DNA of 64,000 nt from an uncultured virus (IMG/VR IMGVR_UViG_3300027969_000065) (IMGVR_UViG_3300027969_000065), one strand, 5' to 3'. Positions 7,909-17,160 are shown, numbered from the stretch's first letter. Notes: generated by a model from the sequence alone, not told the origin. Program-made: numbers and translations.

Positions 7909-8309
7909 TGGCGTGTTCCTGTTGATTGTTTTTGATCTGCTGAGTATAAAGCATGCTGGTATTGTTCATGCAGCGGCTTTATCCAGAGTCTGGCCTGGTG
8001 GGCATCGTCCATGATCTGTGCTGCGGCTGGCCGATACCGGAGCAACTCTGTGGCCGCTTCGTCTAGTAAATCTGCAATGCTGTCTGATTGCGCGGCCAGT
8101 TCTCGGCGAAGTCTAGCACGCTCTTGTAGTCGGTAGATTAAGTTGGTTTGTGTGTGTTCTTCTGGCACAAACTCTTGTATGACGGATTCAGCAAATTTGT
8201 AGATTTCTTGGTTGATCCACTGGTTTTGTGCACTGGAGTAAAAGTTACCATCTTCGTGCAGGTCAAAACCCGATTGTTGTGCCAGTTGTTTGATCTTTTC
8301 AGCTCTCAT
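7905..8309 (-). CDS. hypothetical protein
   Basis: ORF with AAGGA SD. Confidence 0.65.
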   Translation of the reverse strand: MRAEKIKQLAQQSGFDLHEDGNFYSSAQNQWINQEIYKFAESVIQEFVPEEHTQTNLIYRLQERARLRRELAAQSDSIADLLDEAATELLRYRPAAAQIMDDAHQARLWIKPLHEQYQHALYSADQKQSTGTRQ

Positions 8310-8457
8310 TTAGTTGTTCCTTGACGGCATTGTGCCTGTTGTTTGTAGTATTCTTGCATTCTTTTGTTCCACTGTTCAGGAGTAGGATCACGCAGCAAGC
8401 CTTGTGGTCGGCTGGGTTTGCTATTCGACTTCAAACTTGAATATGCTGTTCTAAAAC

Positions 8458-8607
8458 TCATACTTCTTGCTCCTCTTGTCGTAGTGCTTCATTAAAGCCA
8501 GCAGTGTATACTAGATCTAACATAGGGATAAAAGCTGTAATCATATCTTCTGGCATACCCTGCATGCCTTCGATAACTGCCTCAATTACTGCTTCTTTAT
8601 AGTTCAT
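8458..8607 (-). CDS. small hypothetical protein (49 aa, MNYKEAVIEAV...)
   Basis: GGAG SD; translated by hand. Confidence 0.55.
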   Translation of the reverse strand: MNYKEAVIEAVIEGMQGMPEDMITAFIPMLDLVYTAGFNEALRQEEQEV

Positions 8608-8651
8608 TCAAACGCTCCAAGTCTTGTTTCAAAGTTCTTTAATATGTTTGT

Positions 8652-8993
8652 TCATCGGTAGACCTCTATGGCAGCACAGGGTTCGTTCCAGCAGGCTGTA
8701 CGGTATTCATAAACAAACTTACAAAGATCGTTGTAATTACCCCAACCATTCTCTGGATTAAGTTGTCGAAAACGATCAGGCTCACTGAGTAGTATGTTCC
8801 AGCCTTCGTCTAGTAATTCTGCAATATCCTCGGCAAGTACCAGCTCGTGTTCATCGGGCCGCCATAACACATCGTATAGTGAGAGTCCGTTGGACAATTT
8901 GACTTCAGAGGCCATCTTGCCCAAGTTATGAGTAATGTTGTTGTCATAGACTGAGACAGGTTTTGTAACCATTAAGTTCACAGTTAAACTCAT
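8652..8993 (-). CDS. conserved phage hypothetical protein
   Basis: NITHNLGKMA...NPENGWG motif, common in phage ORFs. Confidence 0.7.
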   Translation of the reverse strand: MSLTVNLMVTKPVSVYDNNITHNLGKMASEVKLSNGLSLYDVLWRPDEHELVLAEDIAELLDEGWNILLSEPDRFRQLNPENGWGNYNDLCKFVYEYRTACWNEPCAAIEVYR

Positions 8994-9277
8994 TCTTCAA
9001 CTCCAAAATGTTGTTCAATATACGCTGCGGCATTGAGTTGCCCAGCATACAATTCATCGTTCATACCACGATAAACGCATTGATTCAAACATTCTCGCAC
9101 AACAAGTTGGGCAAATTTTTCGTATTCCCAGCTGTCCACCAACCGTGCTATGCCTGATTGTTGGGCAAGTTTTTGAATCGTAGTTTGTGCAGTGGGCAAC
9201 CCGCTTTGCAGCGGGTAACCTTCACAGTAGGGCTCTCCGTAGAGACGTTCCAATTCAAAATCTGTTTGTTGTGTCAT
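8990..9277 (-). CDS. hypothetical protein
   Basis: Coupled ORF with FAQLVVREC motif. Confidence 0.65.
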   Translation of the reverse strand: MTQQTDFELERLYGEPYCEGYPLQSGLPTAQTTIQKLAQQSGIARLVDSWEYEKFAQLVVRECLNQCVYRGMNDELYAGQLNAAAYIEQHFGVEE

Positions 9278-9435
9278 TTTAGTACTTTTCCTTGCTTTAG
9301 TTTACAATGTCCAATAACATCACGAGCAGTGTTGCTGAATTTAACACACCAATCATTGTACCGCGACCCTAAATTGCTGGTCTTGGGATGATTGGCATCA
9401 TGATGATACTTGCATTCTTTACAATGTTTGTTCAT
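9274..9435 (-). CDS. small Cys-rich protein
   Basis: MNKHCKECKYH... with AGGAG SD and upstream promoter. Confidence 0.6.
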   Translation of the reverse strand: MNKHCKECKYHHDANHPKTSNLGSRYNDWCVKFSNTARDVIGHCKLKQGKVLK

Positions 9436-9523
9436 TGCATTTCTCCTGTTTAATATAAATATTATAGCACAAAGCAAAAGGGGACTCAAGTCAAAAATCA
9501 TTGACCTGAGCCCCCTCGGAGTG

Positions 9524-9739
9524 TTAACGCATTTTAGAGATATCTCGTGCTTCTTGTGTGCTGAACACAGGCACTGCATTTGACTTGTGCATGGTGGCAA
9601 TCCCCAGCACCTTGTCGCCTGTGTATACTTTTTTCGGAGCAAGTCTGGCAATTCCAAACCCAATGCCCAGGCTAGGGATTTTGGGATCGGTAGACCCTCG
9701 CCAAGTCGAAACTTCTGGCTTTTTATAAGTGAATTTCAT
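9524..9739 (-). CDS. conserved phage hypothetical protein
   Basis: YTGDKVLGIATMHKSNAVPVF motif, widespread in myo/siphophages. Confidence 0.7.
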   Translation of the reverse strand: MKFTYKKPEVSTWRGSTDPKIPSLGIGFGIARLAPKKVYTGDKVLGIATMHKSNAVPVFSTQEARDISKMR

Positions 9740-9933
9740 CGTAGTATTACTGAGTTTAGACCTGTTTCTGCTTCTTCAAATTCTCCGTAATACCATTTAG
9801 GGTCAGGATATTTTGTCATGTATGTGTCTATAACCCTACACACTGGATTGTAGCCGTCTTCATAGCTTGGTATGACTACAACCGCATCTTTGTTCAGCAA
9901 CTTTAAAGTATCGATTAATTCTTGAACTGTCAT
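9736..9933 (-). CDS. hypothetical protein
   Basis: MTVQELIDTLK...YEDGY small phage family. Confidence 0.65.
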   Translation of the reverse strand: MTVQELIDTLKLLNKDAVVVIPSYEDGYNPVCRVIDTYMTKYPDPKWYYGEFEEAETGLNSVILR

Positions 9934-10140
9934 TTAGCACTCCGGATCAAAACTGTTCCACTCGTCGCTTTCTGTGGGGTCGCGCTCGTCTTCTGCGTAC
10001 CTGTTGTCAAAATTATTAATCTCCAGCATATCACGAATGTCATCACCGCCCATAAACTTCAAGCATGCTTCTAGCATTTCACGTTCACTGACATAACCGT
10101 CGTCAACCAAGAACAAGGCATCATCAAGGTAGTCTTGCAT
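9934..10140 (-). CDS. hypothetical protein
   Basis: Start MQDYL with GGAG SD; ends EWNSFDPEC. Confidence 0.65.
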   Translation of the reverse strand: MQDYLDDALFLVDDGYVSEREMLEACLKFMGGDDIRDMLEINNFDNRYAEDERDPTESDEWNSFDPEC

Positions 10141-10226
10141 ACAATCTCCAGATTTAAAAGAATATTTTAGCAAAAAAAAGGAAAACACTTCAAGTTAGTA
10201 TTTTCTAACTTGAAGTGTTCCCACAA

Positions 10227-10424
10227 TTAATCGTCGTAGTCTTCGAAATAAGAGTCTTTTTTAGACTTTTGCCACTTCTTCTGTGGCAATGCTTCTTGAT
10301 GACGTGCTTGCAGTCGGCTGGGCTTGGTGCTTTCTTGGGCTTCTACAACATCGACTTGATAGCGTTCAAAGTCTTCTAGAACGCGGGTGGCTAAAATGCC
10401 CTTATTTGGTGTCTTACTTTTCAT
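10227..10424 (-). CDS. hypothetical protein
   Basis: Start MKSK coupled to the hydrolase stop. Confidence 0.55.
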   Translation of the reverse strand: MKSKTPNKGILATRVLEDFERYQVDVVEAQESTKPSRLQARHQEALPQKKWQKSKKDSYFEDYDD

Positions 10425-10834
10425 TATTTGTCTCTGTAAAAGGCGTGAGTGCCAATAGTCTTGATCTTTTTGAACTTGCGAGCCCATGGTGGACTCGCAC
10501 TCTTGTGGTGAAAGTAAAGCGCATCGAACTTGGTTAATTCATGATGACCACGCAAAGCACGTTGAGCTATACTCAGAGATTCTTGGTCTGTACCGTTGCG
10601 GTGATGCCGAGTCCATGAAAACTGACCTGGCTGGTAAACTACTCTGCATATAGAACCAGGAAATTTAGGATCTTTAGTCCTGTTGATTGTTACTTTGGCA
10701 ACAGCCAATTTGCCCAGATAACTCTCGCCTCTGGCTTCATGATATATGTTTCGTGCCAAACACACTGTTTCTGTGTTGAAAGCATGGATCGTTGCAGGTA
10801 ACAGCAGCAGAACTATTACCAGAGCCTTCAGCAA
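10424..10834 (-). CDS. cell wall hydrolase, SleB/Hydrolase_2 family
   Basis: Signal peptide; CLARNIYHEARGE...GKLAVAKV..NR...FP.SIC.VVYQPGQFSW. Confidence 0.9.
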   Translation of the reverse strand: MLKALVIVLLLLPATIHAFNTETVCLARNIYHEARGESYLGKLAVAKVTINRTKDPKFPGSICRVVYQPGQFSWTRHHRNGTDQESLSIAQRALRGHHELTKFDALYFHHKSASPPWARKFKKIKTIGTHAFYRDK

Positions 10835-10906
10835 AACACCAGTCGAACAAGCTCGACCAGTGCTGTTACAACCAAGACTACAACTAAAAAGTATCCCACA
10901 GATAGT

Positions 10907-11098
10907 TCAGGTTTGCTTTGCGAGTAATTCATTTTGCTGTTTCTCCAGACGCTTGATTCGTGCAGTGTTATAAGCTACCTCACTGGTTGCCCAATCAAGA
11001 GCTGTGTTTGCTTGCAGCAATCGATGGCGTGCAGCATACAGTTCTTCGGCAACAGAGTGTTCTAGTGTGGGACGTTTGAATAAGTTTTTGATTTTCAT
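10907..11098 (-). CDS. hypothetical protein
   Basis: ORF directly downstream of a leftward promoter. Confidence 0.6.
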   Translation of the reverse strand: MKIKNLFKRPTLEHSVAEELYAARHRLLQANTALDWATSEVAYNTARIKRLEKQQNELLAKQT

Positions 11099-11154
11099 AA
11101 GATGATTGTACTTGTTTTTGCTCAGCAGTTCAAGTCAGAAATTTTAATACAAAA

Positions 11155-11310
11155 TTATTTTATCTGTGTGTTAAACAGGTGAAGAAACTCTTGCACGTCT
11201 TCAGGCGGCACTGCAGTATGCAGCGGAAGCTTTTTCCACCACAAGAACGCTGTTTTAGGATCTCGATCAGACAGGATCTGCTTGATGTGTTGAATTTCCA
11301 GTGTCGACAT
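11155..11310 (-). CDS. hypothetical protein
   Basis: Start MSTLE with AGGAAG SD. Confidence 0.5.
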   Translation of the reverse strand: MSTLEIQHIKQILSDRDPKTAFLWWKKLPLHTAVPPEDVQEFLHLFNTQIK

Positions 11311-11572
11311 GTTGGGCTTCCTTTGAGGTGGTTTTGGCATTTTGAGTTTCAAAAGCTTTTACAAGTTCATCATGGCTTGTTGCTAGTGCTTGATGGTTCA
11401 ACTGTAGTTGGTTATAAGCAACCATTACATTATTTAGTTCTTCTTTTAGCCTCTTTAGTTGTCTGCCTGCTCGTAGTTCTCTGGCAGTGGGTGGACGTAC
11501 TTCTATGGTTTCAGTTCCGTCTTGTTGGACTATAAATTTTATGGTACCTTGCATTAACTCGTCATCTAGCAT
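11267..11572 (-). CDS. hypothetical coiled-coil protein
   Basis: Start MLDDE with AAGGA SD; divergent promoter upstream. Confidence 0.6.
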   Translation of the reverse strand: MLDDELMQGTIKFIVQQDGTETIEVRPPTARELRAGRQLKRLKEELNNVMVAYNQLQLNHQALATSHDELVKAFETQNAKTTSKEAQHVDTGNSTHQADPV

Positions 11573-11721
11573 TGGTTTTATCCTTTCAATTACATTTATT
11601 ATAATCGAAAGGGTACACAAAATCAAGACAAAAATTAAAAGCCCGCGGCGCCGACATGAAAAAACCGCGCTTGCTTTAGGTTTGCCGTAATGATATAATG
11701 TTTCGAAATGAGGAAGATAAT

Positions 11722-11898
11722 ATGAGCACTGATAGTCAGTATGTTGAGCATCTAGAAAAAATAATCATGGAAAAGCTTTTACCGGTTTACAACAAGTATT
11801 ACTCTTTGCTGGGAATACCCAAACCAGACCTAGATTTGCCTGTAGAACTCAAAATACGACAAAAGCTACCAGCTCTGTTTTTACCTAGAAAAAAATAA
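11722..11898 (+). CDS. hypothetical protein
   Basis: GAGGAAG SD; promoter TTGCTT-17-TATAAT at 11671-11699. Confidence 0.6.
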   Translation: MSTDSQYVEHLEKIIMEKLLPVYNKYYSLLGIPKPDLDLPVELKIRQKLPALFLPRKK

Positions 11899-12088
11899 GT
11901 GGGGTTTTCACGTTTACCTCGCACGACCGAAAGGCAAGAAAAAACTAAATCGTTGCATAAGTCAATTTACAGTGAGGCCTACAAGCCTTGCCAATTCCTT
12001 GGCTGTACATACTGTGAGACTCATTGTAGTGAGCAGGTATATATGTCGTGAGACAAACCGTGGTACCGGGGTTAACGGTACACCCCCT
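11899..12088 (+). ncRNA. candidate structured ncRNA
   Basis: ORF-free; nested stems GGGGT/ACCCC, CACG/CGTG, CACGAC/GTCGTG, TACAGTGAG/CTCATTGTA. Confidence 0.45.
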
Positions 12089-12109
12089 AACTTTTAACCA
12101 AATTAAAAA

Positions 12110-12496
12110 ATGTATACAATTGATCCCAAGTTAACAAACCTCGACGCTTATAAATGGACAGGCCCACACACAGTGCCGGGCACAAAAGTCGCAGTACGTG
12201 ACGATGAACACAAAACAAACTGGAGTCTGATGCCGTTTGAGGCTTTAGAAGAGATCAACAAAGTACTAGAGTTTGGTGCCTCAAAATACGCTGTGAACAA
12301 CTGGCAAGAAGGCTCAGGATTTAAGTATTCACGAGTATTGAATTCTTTGCTTAGACATGTCTTTGCGTTCATGCGCGGCGAAGACAAAGACCCAGAATCT
12401 GGGTTGAGTCACATGGCACATGCTGGCTGCAACGTGCTGTTTATATTGTATTACTTGAAGAATAAGGCAAGGTATGCCAACGATGACAGACAATGA
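12110..12496 (+). CDS. dATP/dGTP diphosphohydrolase N-terminal domain protein (DUF5664-like)
   Basis: SLMPFEALEEINKVLEFGASKY..NNW..G...SLLRH...DPESGLSHMAHAGCN. Confidence 0.85.
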   Translation: MYTIDPKLTNLDAYKWTGPHTVPGTKVAVRDDEHKTNWSLMPFEALEEINKVLEFGASKYAVNNWQEGSGFKYSRVLNSLLRHVFAFMRGEDKDPESGLSHMAHAGCNVLFILYYLKNKARYANDDRQ

Positions 12497-12699
12497 ACGA
12501 AATTGAACAACTACTCTACAGAACACGCAACACAGTATTAGACGCACGTCAAGAACTAAACTTAACAGTTGAAGATGTTGAGCTGCTTAATATAGAACCC
12601 TGTAGTAGTTGTAGTATATGGCTAAAACCAAAAGAACTAAAGCCAGATCAAGATGGTCTGCCCATCTGCAAAGATTGTCTGCGTTGGTATGGATTCTAA
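12493..12699 (+). CDS. zinc-finger hypothetical protein
   Basis: CxxC...CxxC. Confidence 0.65.
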   Translation: MNEIEQLLYRTRNTVLDARQELNLTVEDVELLNIEPCSSCSIWLKPKELKPDQDGLPICKDCLRWYGF

Positions 12700-12758
12700 A
12701 ATATTGACTTGACCCTAAACCGCAACTCTGATATAATTTGTGTCTACAAAGGATAACT

Positions 12759-13748
12759 ATGTTCGCACAAAACCACAATCGCATCGGGTTTGCTTGTAAG
12801 CCTACATCTGTAGATTTGCCTCAAATTACTTCAACCACAATCAAGTGGCTCGCTTCTCAAACTCGTGATTGTGCAGTCACACGACTACGCACTTTGATGC
12901 AACAAAACGTAGACACACTAACCAAACACATTCGCTGGCTGGGTACTCTGCCCAATCACTTACGAATGTATCGCATTTCAAGCGAGTTATGCACTGCGTA
13001 CACGCATCCAGACTGGATGTGGTTCTATTTCGAGCCTGAAACAGTAACCTGGCTTGAAACCAATCTAGGACGTGTTGGTGAGTTAGCACGTGAGCTAGAT
13101 GTGCGTTTATCGTTTCATCCAGGTCAGTTCTGTGTACTTGCCTCAGACAACGCCGAGGTTGTAGAACGCAGCATCATGGAGTTCGAGTATCACGTTGACA
13201 TGATTCGTTACATGGGTTTCGGCCGAGAATTCCAAGACTTCAAGTGTAATGTACACGTCGGCGGCAAAAAAGGCCCAGACGGCATCAAACGCGCTGTGCG
13301 TTCACTGAGCCGAGAAGCACGCAATGTACTGTGCATCGAGAACGCAGAATTTTCCTGGGGCTTGGCTGCATCACTGGAACTAGTAGATACATGTGCTTTG
13401 ACCCTAGACGTGCATCATCACTGGATTGCAACCGGCGAGTACATCTTGCCACTAGACTCACGAGTACAACAACTGTGGACTTCTTGGCGTGGTGTACGCC
13501 CAGTTGTACATTACTCGCAATCACGCGAAGATGTTGTAGGCGACGACTGGGACTCAGACACTTTAGTAGACTTAAACCAAGTAATGAGCCTAGGCTACAC
13601 TCGTGCACGTTTACGCGCACACTCAGAAATGTACTGGAACACAGCACAGAATCAGCTAATGAAACAATTCTTACCACATGCAGACGTTATGTGCGAAGCC
13701 AAACAAAAGAATTCGGCAGCACATGCATTTGCCCGACAAGTACTATAG
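12759..13748 (+). CDS. uvsE: UV DNA damage endonuclease (UvsE/UVDE)
   Basis: RIGFAC, YRISS, RLSFHPGQF, IEN, LDVHHH, RAHS, DVMCEAKQK motifs; own promoter at 12709-12737. Confidence 0.92.
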   Translation: MFAQNHNRIGFACKPTSVDLPQITSTTIKWLASQTRDCAVTRLRTLMQQNVDTLTKHIRWLGTLPNHLRMYRISSELCTAYTHPDWMWFYFEPETVTWLETNLGRVGELARELDVRLSFHPGQFCVLASDNAEVVERSIMEFEYHVDMIRYMGFGREFQDFKCNVHVGGKKGPDGIKRAVRSLSREARNVLCIENAEFSWGLAASLELVDTCALTLDVHHHWIATGEYILPLDSRVQQLWTSWRGVRPVVHYSQSREDVVGDDWDSDTLVDLNQVMSLGYTRARLRAHSEMYWNTAQNQLMKQFLPHADVMCEAKQKNSAAHAFARQVL

Positions 13749-13823
13749 GGAGCCTTAGTACAATGGACAGTACAGGAGTCTTCTAAGCTCTCGATGTGGG
13801 TTCGATTCCCTCAGGCTCCGCCA
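13749..13823 (+). tRNA. tRNA-Arg(UCU)
   Basis: GGAGCCT/AGGCTCC acceptor, CT-TCT-AA loop, TTCGA, CCA. Confidence 0.93.
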
Positions 13824-13852
13824 ATTTTTCTCAACCAACCTCAAGGATTACA

Positions 13853-14392
13853 ATGAATAAATTTCTAATCGCCGGTGTATCGGCTTTAACTTTCTCAGCT
13901 CAAGCCGCCAACTACGCGTCTCTAGAAATCGACACAGTCAAGGATACTAAAACTTGTGCTACGAGCACAGCTCAATACTTTCGCGCAGGCACTGATGTTT
14001 ATGGGTTGAATTTAGATGTAGCAGCCCGTACAGCAGCGTACCGCAACGGCGGATTGCTGAGCAGCTACGAAGCCACTTTAGGCAAACAGCTCGGTGCAGT
14101 CAATGTATTCGGCGGAGCAGGGTACGACAACGGATTCAATGGTGCTAAAAAAGGCAATTACACTTACGGTTTAGTCGGTGCTGTTGCAGGCATGCCTGTT
14201 GGCCCGGTGTATGCATTTTTAGGCGCTAAGACTCGTGTTAATTGGGATTCACACAATCCAAAGCAAACAGTAGCCTTTGCAGGTGTTAGCTACAACTTGA
14301 CTAAAAAGCTATCCGTTGACTTAGACGTCAGCCGCAGCACACAAAACATCAGCGAAAAAGCAGCCGGCGTAGGCATGCGGGTAACATTCTAA
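13853..14392 (+). CDS. outer-membrane beta-barrel protein
   Basis: Sec signal (…SAQA), alternating amphipathic strands, C-terminal GMRVTF BAM-type signal. Confidence 0.75.
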   Translation: MNKFLIAGVSALTFSAQAANYASLEIDTVKDTKTCATSTAQYFRAGTDVYGLNLDVAARTAAYRNGGLLSSYEATLGKQLGAVNVFGGAGYDNGFNGAKKGNYTYGLVGAVAGMPVGPVYAFLGAKTRVNWDSHNPKQTVAFAGVSYNLTKKLSVDLDVSRSTQNISEKAAGVGMRVTF

Positions 14393-14393
14393 T

Positions 14394-14837
14394 ATGTTAG
14401 TAGACGACTTAAAAACTCTGCTGGCTACAAGTTTCAGCTACTACTTAAAAACTGCTAACTATCACTGGAATATCGAAGGAGATAACTTTCCACAGTATCA
14501 CCTTTTCTTAGGGGACTTGTATGCTGATGTGTACAACACCATTGATCCACTTGCAGAGTATATTCGCACACTGCAAGCATACACTCCGGCAAGTCTAGTT
14601 AGATTTCAAGAACTAACAGATATCGAAGATCAGCTTGAACTAGTGCAGCCTATGCAGTTGTTTGAACAATTATTAGCAGATACCAATCTGTTGACTGCAA
14701 TGTTAATGGATGTGTTTGACGCAGCCAGCCGAGAACGTCAGCAAGGCATTGCTAACTTCATTGCTGAACGCATTGATGCCATGCAAAAGTACGCTTGGCA
14801 GATTCGCAGCATTCTTAAACCAGGAGTAGGTGACTGA
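14394..14837 (+). CDS. dps: Dps/ferritin-like DNA starvation protein
   Basis: HWNIEG.NF.QYH.FL..LY......D.LAEYIR.L; ...K.AW.IRS. Confidence 0.9.
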   Translation: MLVDDLKTLLATSFSYYLKTANYHWNIEGDNFPQYHLFLGDLYADVYNTIDPLAEYIRTLQAYTPASLVRFQELTDIEDQLELVQPMQLFEQLLADTNLLTAMLMDVFDAASRERQQGIANFIAERIDAMQKYAWQIRSILKPGVGD

Positions 14838-15040
14838 TGTTTTGGCTTGTAAAAGTGTACACAGAAGACGGCGAGCATTATAATTGTGTTGCCAATACCG
14901 GCAGTGAGGCTCATGCAGAACTGCTTGCACGAAAGCACTATCAACGCGAAGGCGAAGTAGTCGAACTCTGCGAAGCACAAATGTTTGACACTTACGAACA
15001 CGGTGATCCAGAAGATTATGAAATTGTAGAAAGAAACTAA
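14837..15040 (+). CDS. hypothetical protein
   Basis: TGATG-coupled ORF. Confidence 0.65.
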   Translation: MFWLVKVYTEDGEHYNCVANTGSEAHAELLARKHYQREGEVVELCEAQMFDTYEHGDPEDYEIVERN

Positions 15041-15324
15041 TGGCACTTCCAAGTTTACCTCAAGACAAAGCAAATCACATAGTTTATGGAGCCGGCATTG
15101 CAGTAGTTGCAGGCTACGTTGCTTATGTGCTGCACTTGCCAGTGGCCGGCGTGGGACTAGGCGCTGCTGTTGTATTCGGAGCTTTAAAAGAAGCCTTAGA
15201 CTACTATCAGAATCTGCAGTTAACCAAAGCCGGACAAAGTCCCACGCACGGAGTAGAGTTCAATGATTTCTTGGCAACCAGTGCTGGTGGTGCGCTGGCA
15301 ACTCTTTTAAAATTCTTGGCTTGA
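15040..15324 (+). CDS. membrane protein (DK..H...KE..D...DF.AT..GG family)
   Basis: Two to three hydrophobic helices, conserved DKANH and KEALD. Confidence 0.65.
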   Translation: MALPSLPQDKANHIVYGAGIAVVAGYVAYVLHLPVAGVGLGAAVVFGALKEALDYYQNLQLTKAGQSPTHGVEFNDFLATSAGGALATLLKFLA

Positions 15325-15374
15325 GTTTTTTGGTTATAACCTGTATAATGTTTTTTCATTCGGAGAAATAACAA

Positions 15375-15575
15375 ATGGCAGGTTATACCAAAGAATTTCT
15401 TGTAGACGCATTCTTGCACAGATACATACACTGCAAAGCTATCACTCTAGAAGAATTTACTCGACTAGAAACAATGGCAAACAGCTTTTACGACCAAGCC
15501 GGACGCGATAAATTCAGAGTGTATGCCAGTCTCGATGCATCGGCACTGCGACAATACAAAAAGGAAACAGCATGA
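15375..15575 (+). CDS. hypothetical protein
   Basis: GGAG SD; promoter at 15321-15349. Confidence 0.65.
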   Translation: MAGYTKEFLVDAFLHRYIHCKAITLEEFTRLETMANSFYDQAGRDKFRVYASLDASALRQYKKETA

Positions 15576-15865
15576 TTTGGGATATAGAACAAGAAACCAA
15601 GGTGATTATAGATGAATTTGTTCTACAACTTACTTGCCTTGCTTGCCCTGAGCAGTATGATATATTCTTGCAAGGAGTCCAAGTCGGATATGCCAGACTG
15701 CGGGGTGGACACTTCACCGCCAGCGTACCAGACTTTGACGGGCAAGTAGTCTACGAATTTGATTTCTTTGACGACGGCTGGAAAGGTTGTTTCGACAACC
15801 AACAAGAACGCATGTTGCATCTAACCAAAGCCTGCACAGAGATCAGAAAACGTCGACTTGTATGA
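15572..15865 (+). CDS. conserved phage hypothetical protein
   Basis: TC.ACPEQYD...QVGY.RLR.G.F motif. Confidence 0.7.
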   Translation: MIWDIEQETKVIIDEFVLQLTCLACPEQYDIFLQGVQVGYARLRGGHFTASVPDFDGQVVYEFDFFDDGWKGCFDNQQERMLHLTKACTEIRKRRLV

Positions 15866-16123
15866 TGTGGTCTTTTAGGTTATAATAGTTTTTTATGATA
15901 TAGAGTAGAATAACATTACTAGAGGCATGTGACCGGAACGCTAGAGTAACTCTCAGGGCCCCGTATCCCTACGACATAGTTTTAGTTACCTACTTGAAAG
16001 ATATGTAAAAGATGCGGCTCGTTACCGGGCTTTTACATATCGTATCATATTTAAGTACATAGATGTATGCCGGATCACTACCGGGTTATGAGCTAGTAAC
16101 TCTAAAATTTTGTGTACTTAAAT

Positions 16124-16285
16124 ATGATAAAAAAACTATGGTATTTATGGGCCAATGCCCTTGGAACTAAGGCTCATGATGACGAGCAGATTTCAGACAG
16201 AGTAGCACTAATTAGAAGTTTAATTGTGTTGTGCTATATCACAACGAATATATTTATTATCGCCAGTATTATTCATCACTGGTAA
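16124..16285 (+). CDS. small conserved phage membrane protein (53 aa)
   Basis: MIKKLWYLWANALGTKA...DRVALIRS...NIFIIASIIHHW; translated by hand. Confidence 0.6.
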   Translation: MIKKLWYLWANALGTKAHDDEQISDRVALIRSLIVLCYITTNIFIIASIIHHW

Positions 16286-16287
16286 TT

Positions 16288-16371
16288 GCCCCGATGGTGG
16301 AATGGTATACACGGTGGTCTTAGAAGCCACTGCCGCGAGGATTGAGAGTTCGAGTCTCTCTTGGGGCACCA
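16288..16371 (+). tRNA. tRNA-Leu(UAG)
   Basis: GCCCCGA/TTGGGGC, CT-TAG-AA loop, long variable arm, CCA. Confidence 0.93.
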
Positions 16372-16389
16372 CTTAACATAGGAAATGAA

Positions 16390-16800
16390 GTGCACATCGA
16401 ATCACTAAACGCAGGCTATTGGCCCGTACCCTCTCCTCTTGTACATGCTGAGGCGTTTCTCACTAACTGGAAGATTGTTGAGCTTCCAGAAGGGGATTGG
16501 CATTTCATGGGCTTTGAAACAACGTATCGCGAAGGCCGAGTTACTAGCAAGGTGGTAGAATTTAATCCAGAGAATATGACGGGTAAGACCCACTCAGGAC
16601 GTTTCTACACCCTACAAGGCCCTCCTGGACATGATGGCGACGCTGCATACGTTTGGCAGCAATGGAAGCACTACAATAAAGTGGTCAGCTATAAGGATAT
16701 TTCAAAGGAAGTATATGAGTCGCACAAACAAGGACAAACCAAGGAAGTTTTCAAATCTCAAAGAAAACGAATTGAAACCCAGGAACTACCTAGATCCTGA
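16390..16800 (+). CDS. hypothetical protein
   Basis: GTG start with AGGA SD; EGRVTS...T.SGR.Y.L.G.PG motif. Confidence 0.6.
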   Translation: MHIESLNAGYWPVPSPLVHAEAFLTNWKIVELPEGDWHFMGFETTYREGRVTSKVVEFNPENMTGKTHSGRFYTLQGPPGHDGDAAYVWQQWKHYNKVVSYKDISKEVYESHKQGQTKEVFKSQRKRIETQELPRS

Positions 16801-16972
16801 CTATAACTGGTGTAGTGCCACTCCCGGCTGGTGGACTAGACTAATGATGAACCGCCCACAGCGTGCGGAAGCCCACGTGTGGGAACAAAACGCTAAACAC
16901 ACTCCTGTAGATCAGCTAGAGGAGCTTGATACTCCTAATGTATCAAGGAAACCACACGTTTACTTTTGGTAA
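16715..16972 (+). CDS. hypothetical protein
   Basis: MSRT start with AAGGA SD; TPGWWTRLMMNRP motif. Confidence 0.6.
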   Translation: MSRTNKDKPRKFSNLKENELKPRNYLDPDYNWCSATPGWWTRLMMNRPQRAEAHVWEQNAKHTPVDQLEELDTPNVSRKPHVYFW

Positions 16973-16998
16973 ACAACAATACACACAGAAGGAATTAT

Positions 16999-17160
16999 AT
17001 GTTAGTAAAACTACTAGAACGCTTATCGGAGATGTTCCCTAAGCAAGACTACCAAACACGTTTGAATGACTACATCGCTAGTCACAACCCACAAACAGCT
17101 GGTGACGTTGACCAGATCCTACGTAAATACACACAATCGAGCCAATTCTACCATGAGTGA
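16999..17160 (+). CDS. small protein (DUF3563-like)
   Basis: AAGGA SD; Y..RL..YI.S.NP....DV pattern. Confidence 0.55.
   Translation: MLVKLLERLSEMFPKQDYQTRLNDYIASHNPQTAGDVDQILRKYTQSSQFYHE

Noticed and set aside
12110..12496. Z-genome (2-aminoadenine) pathway suggested by the dATP/dGTP diphosphohydrolase domain
   Set aside because: No PurZ or DatZ-like gene in the window; this domain is common alone in phages
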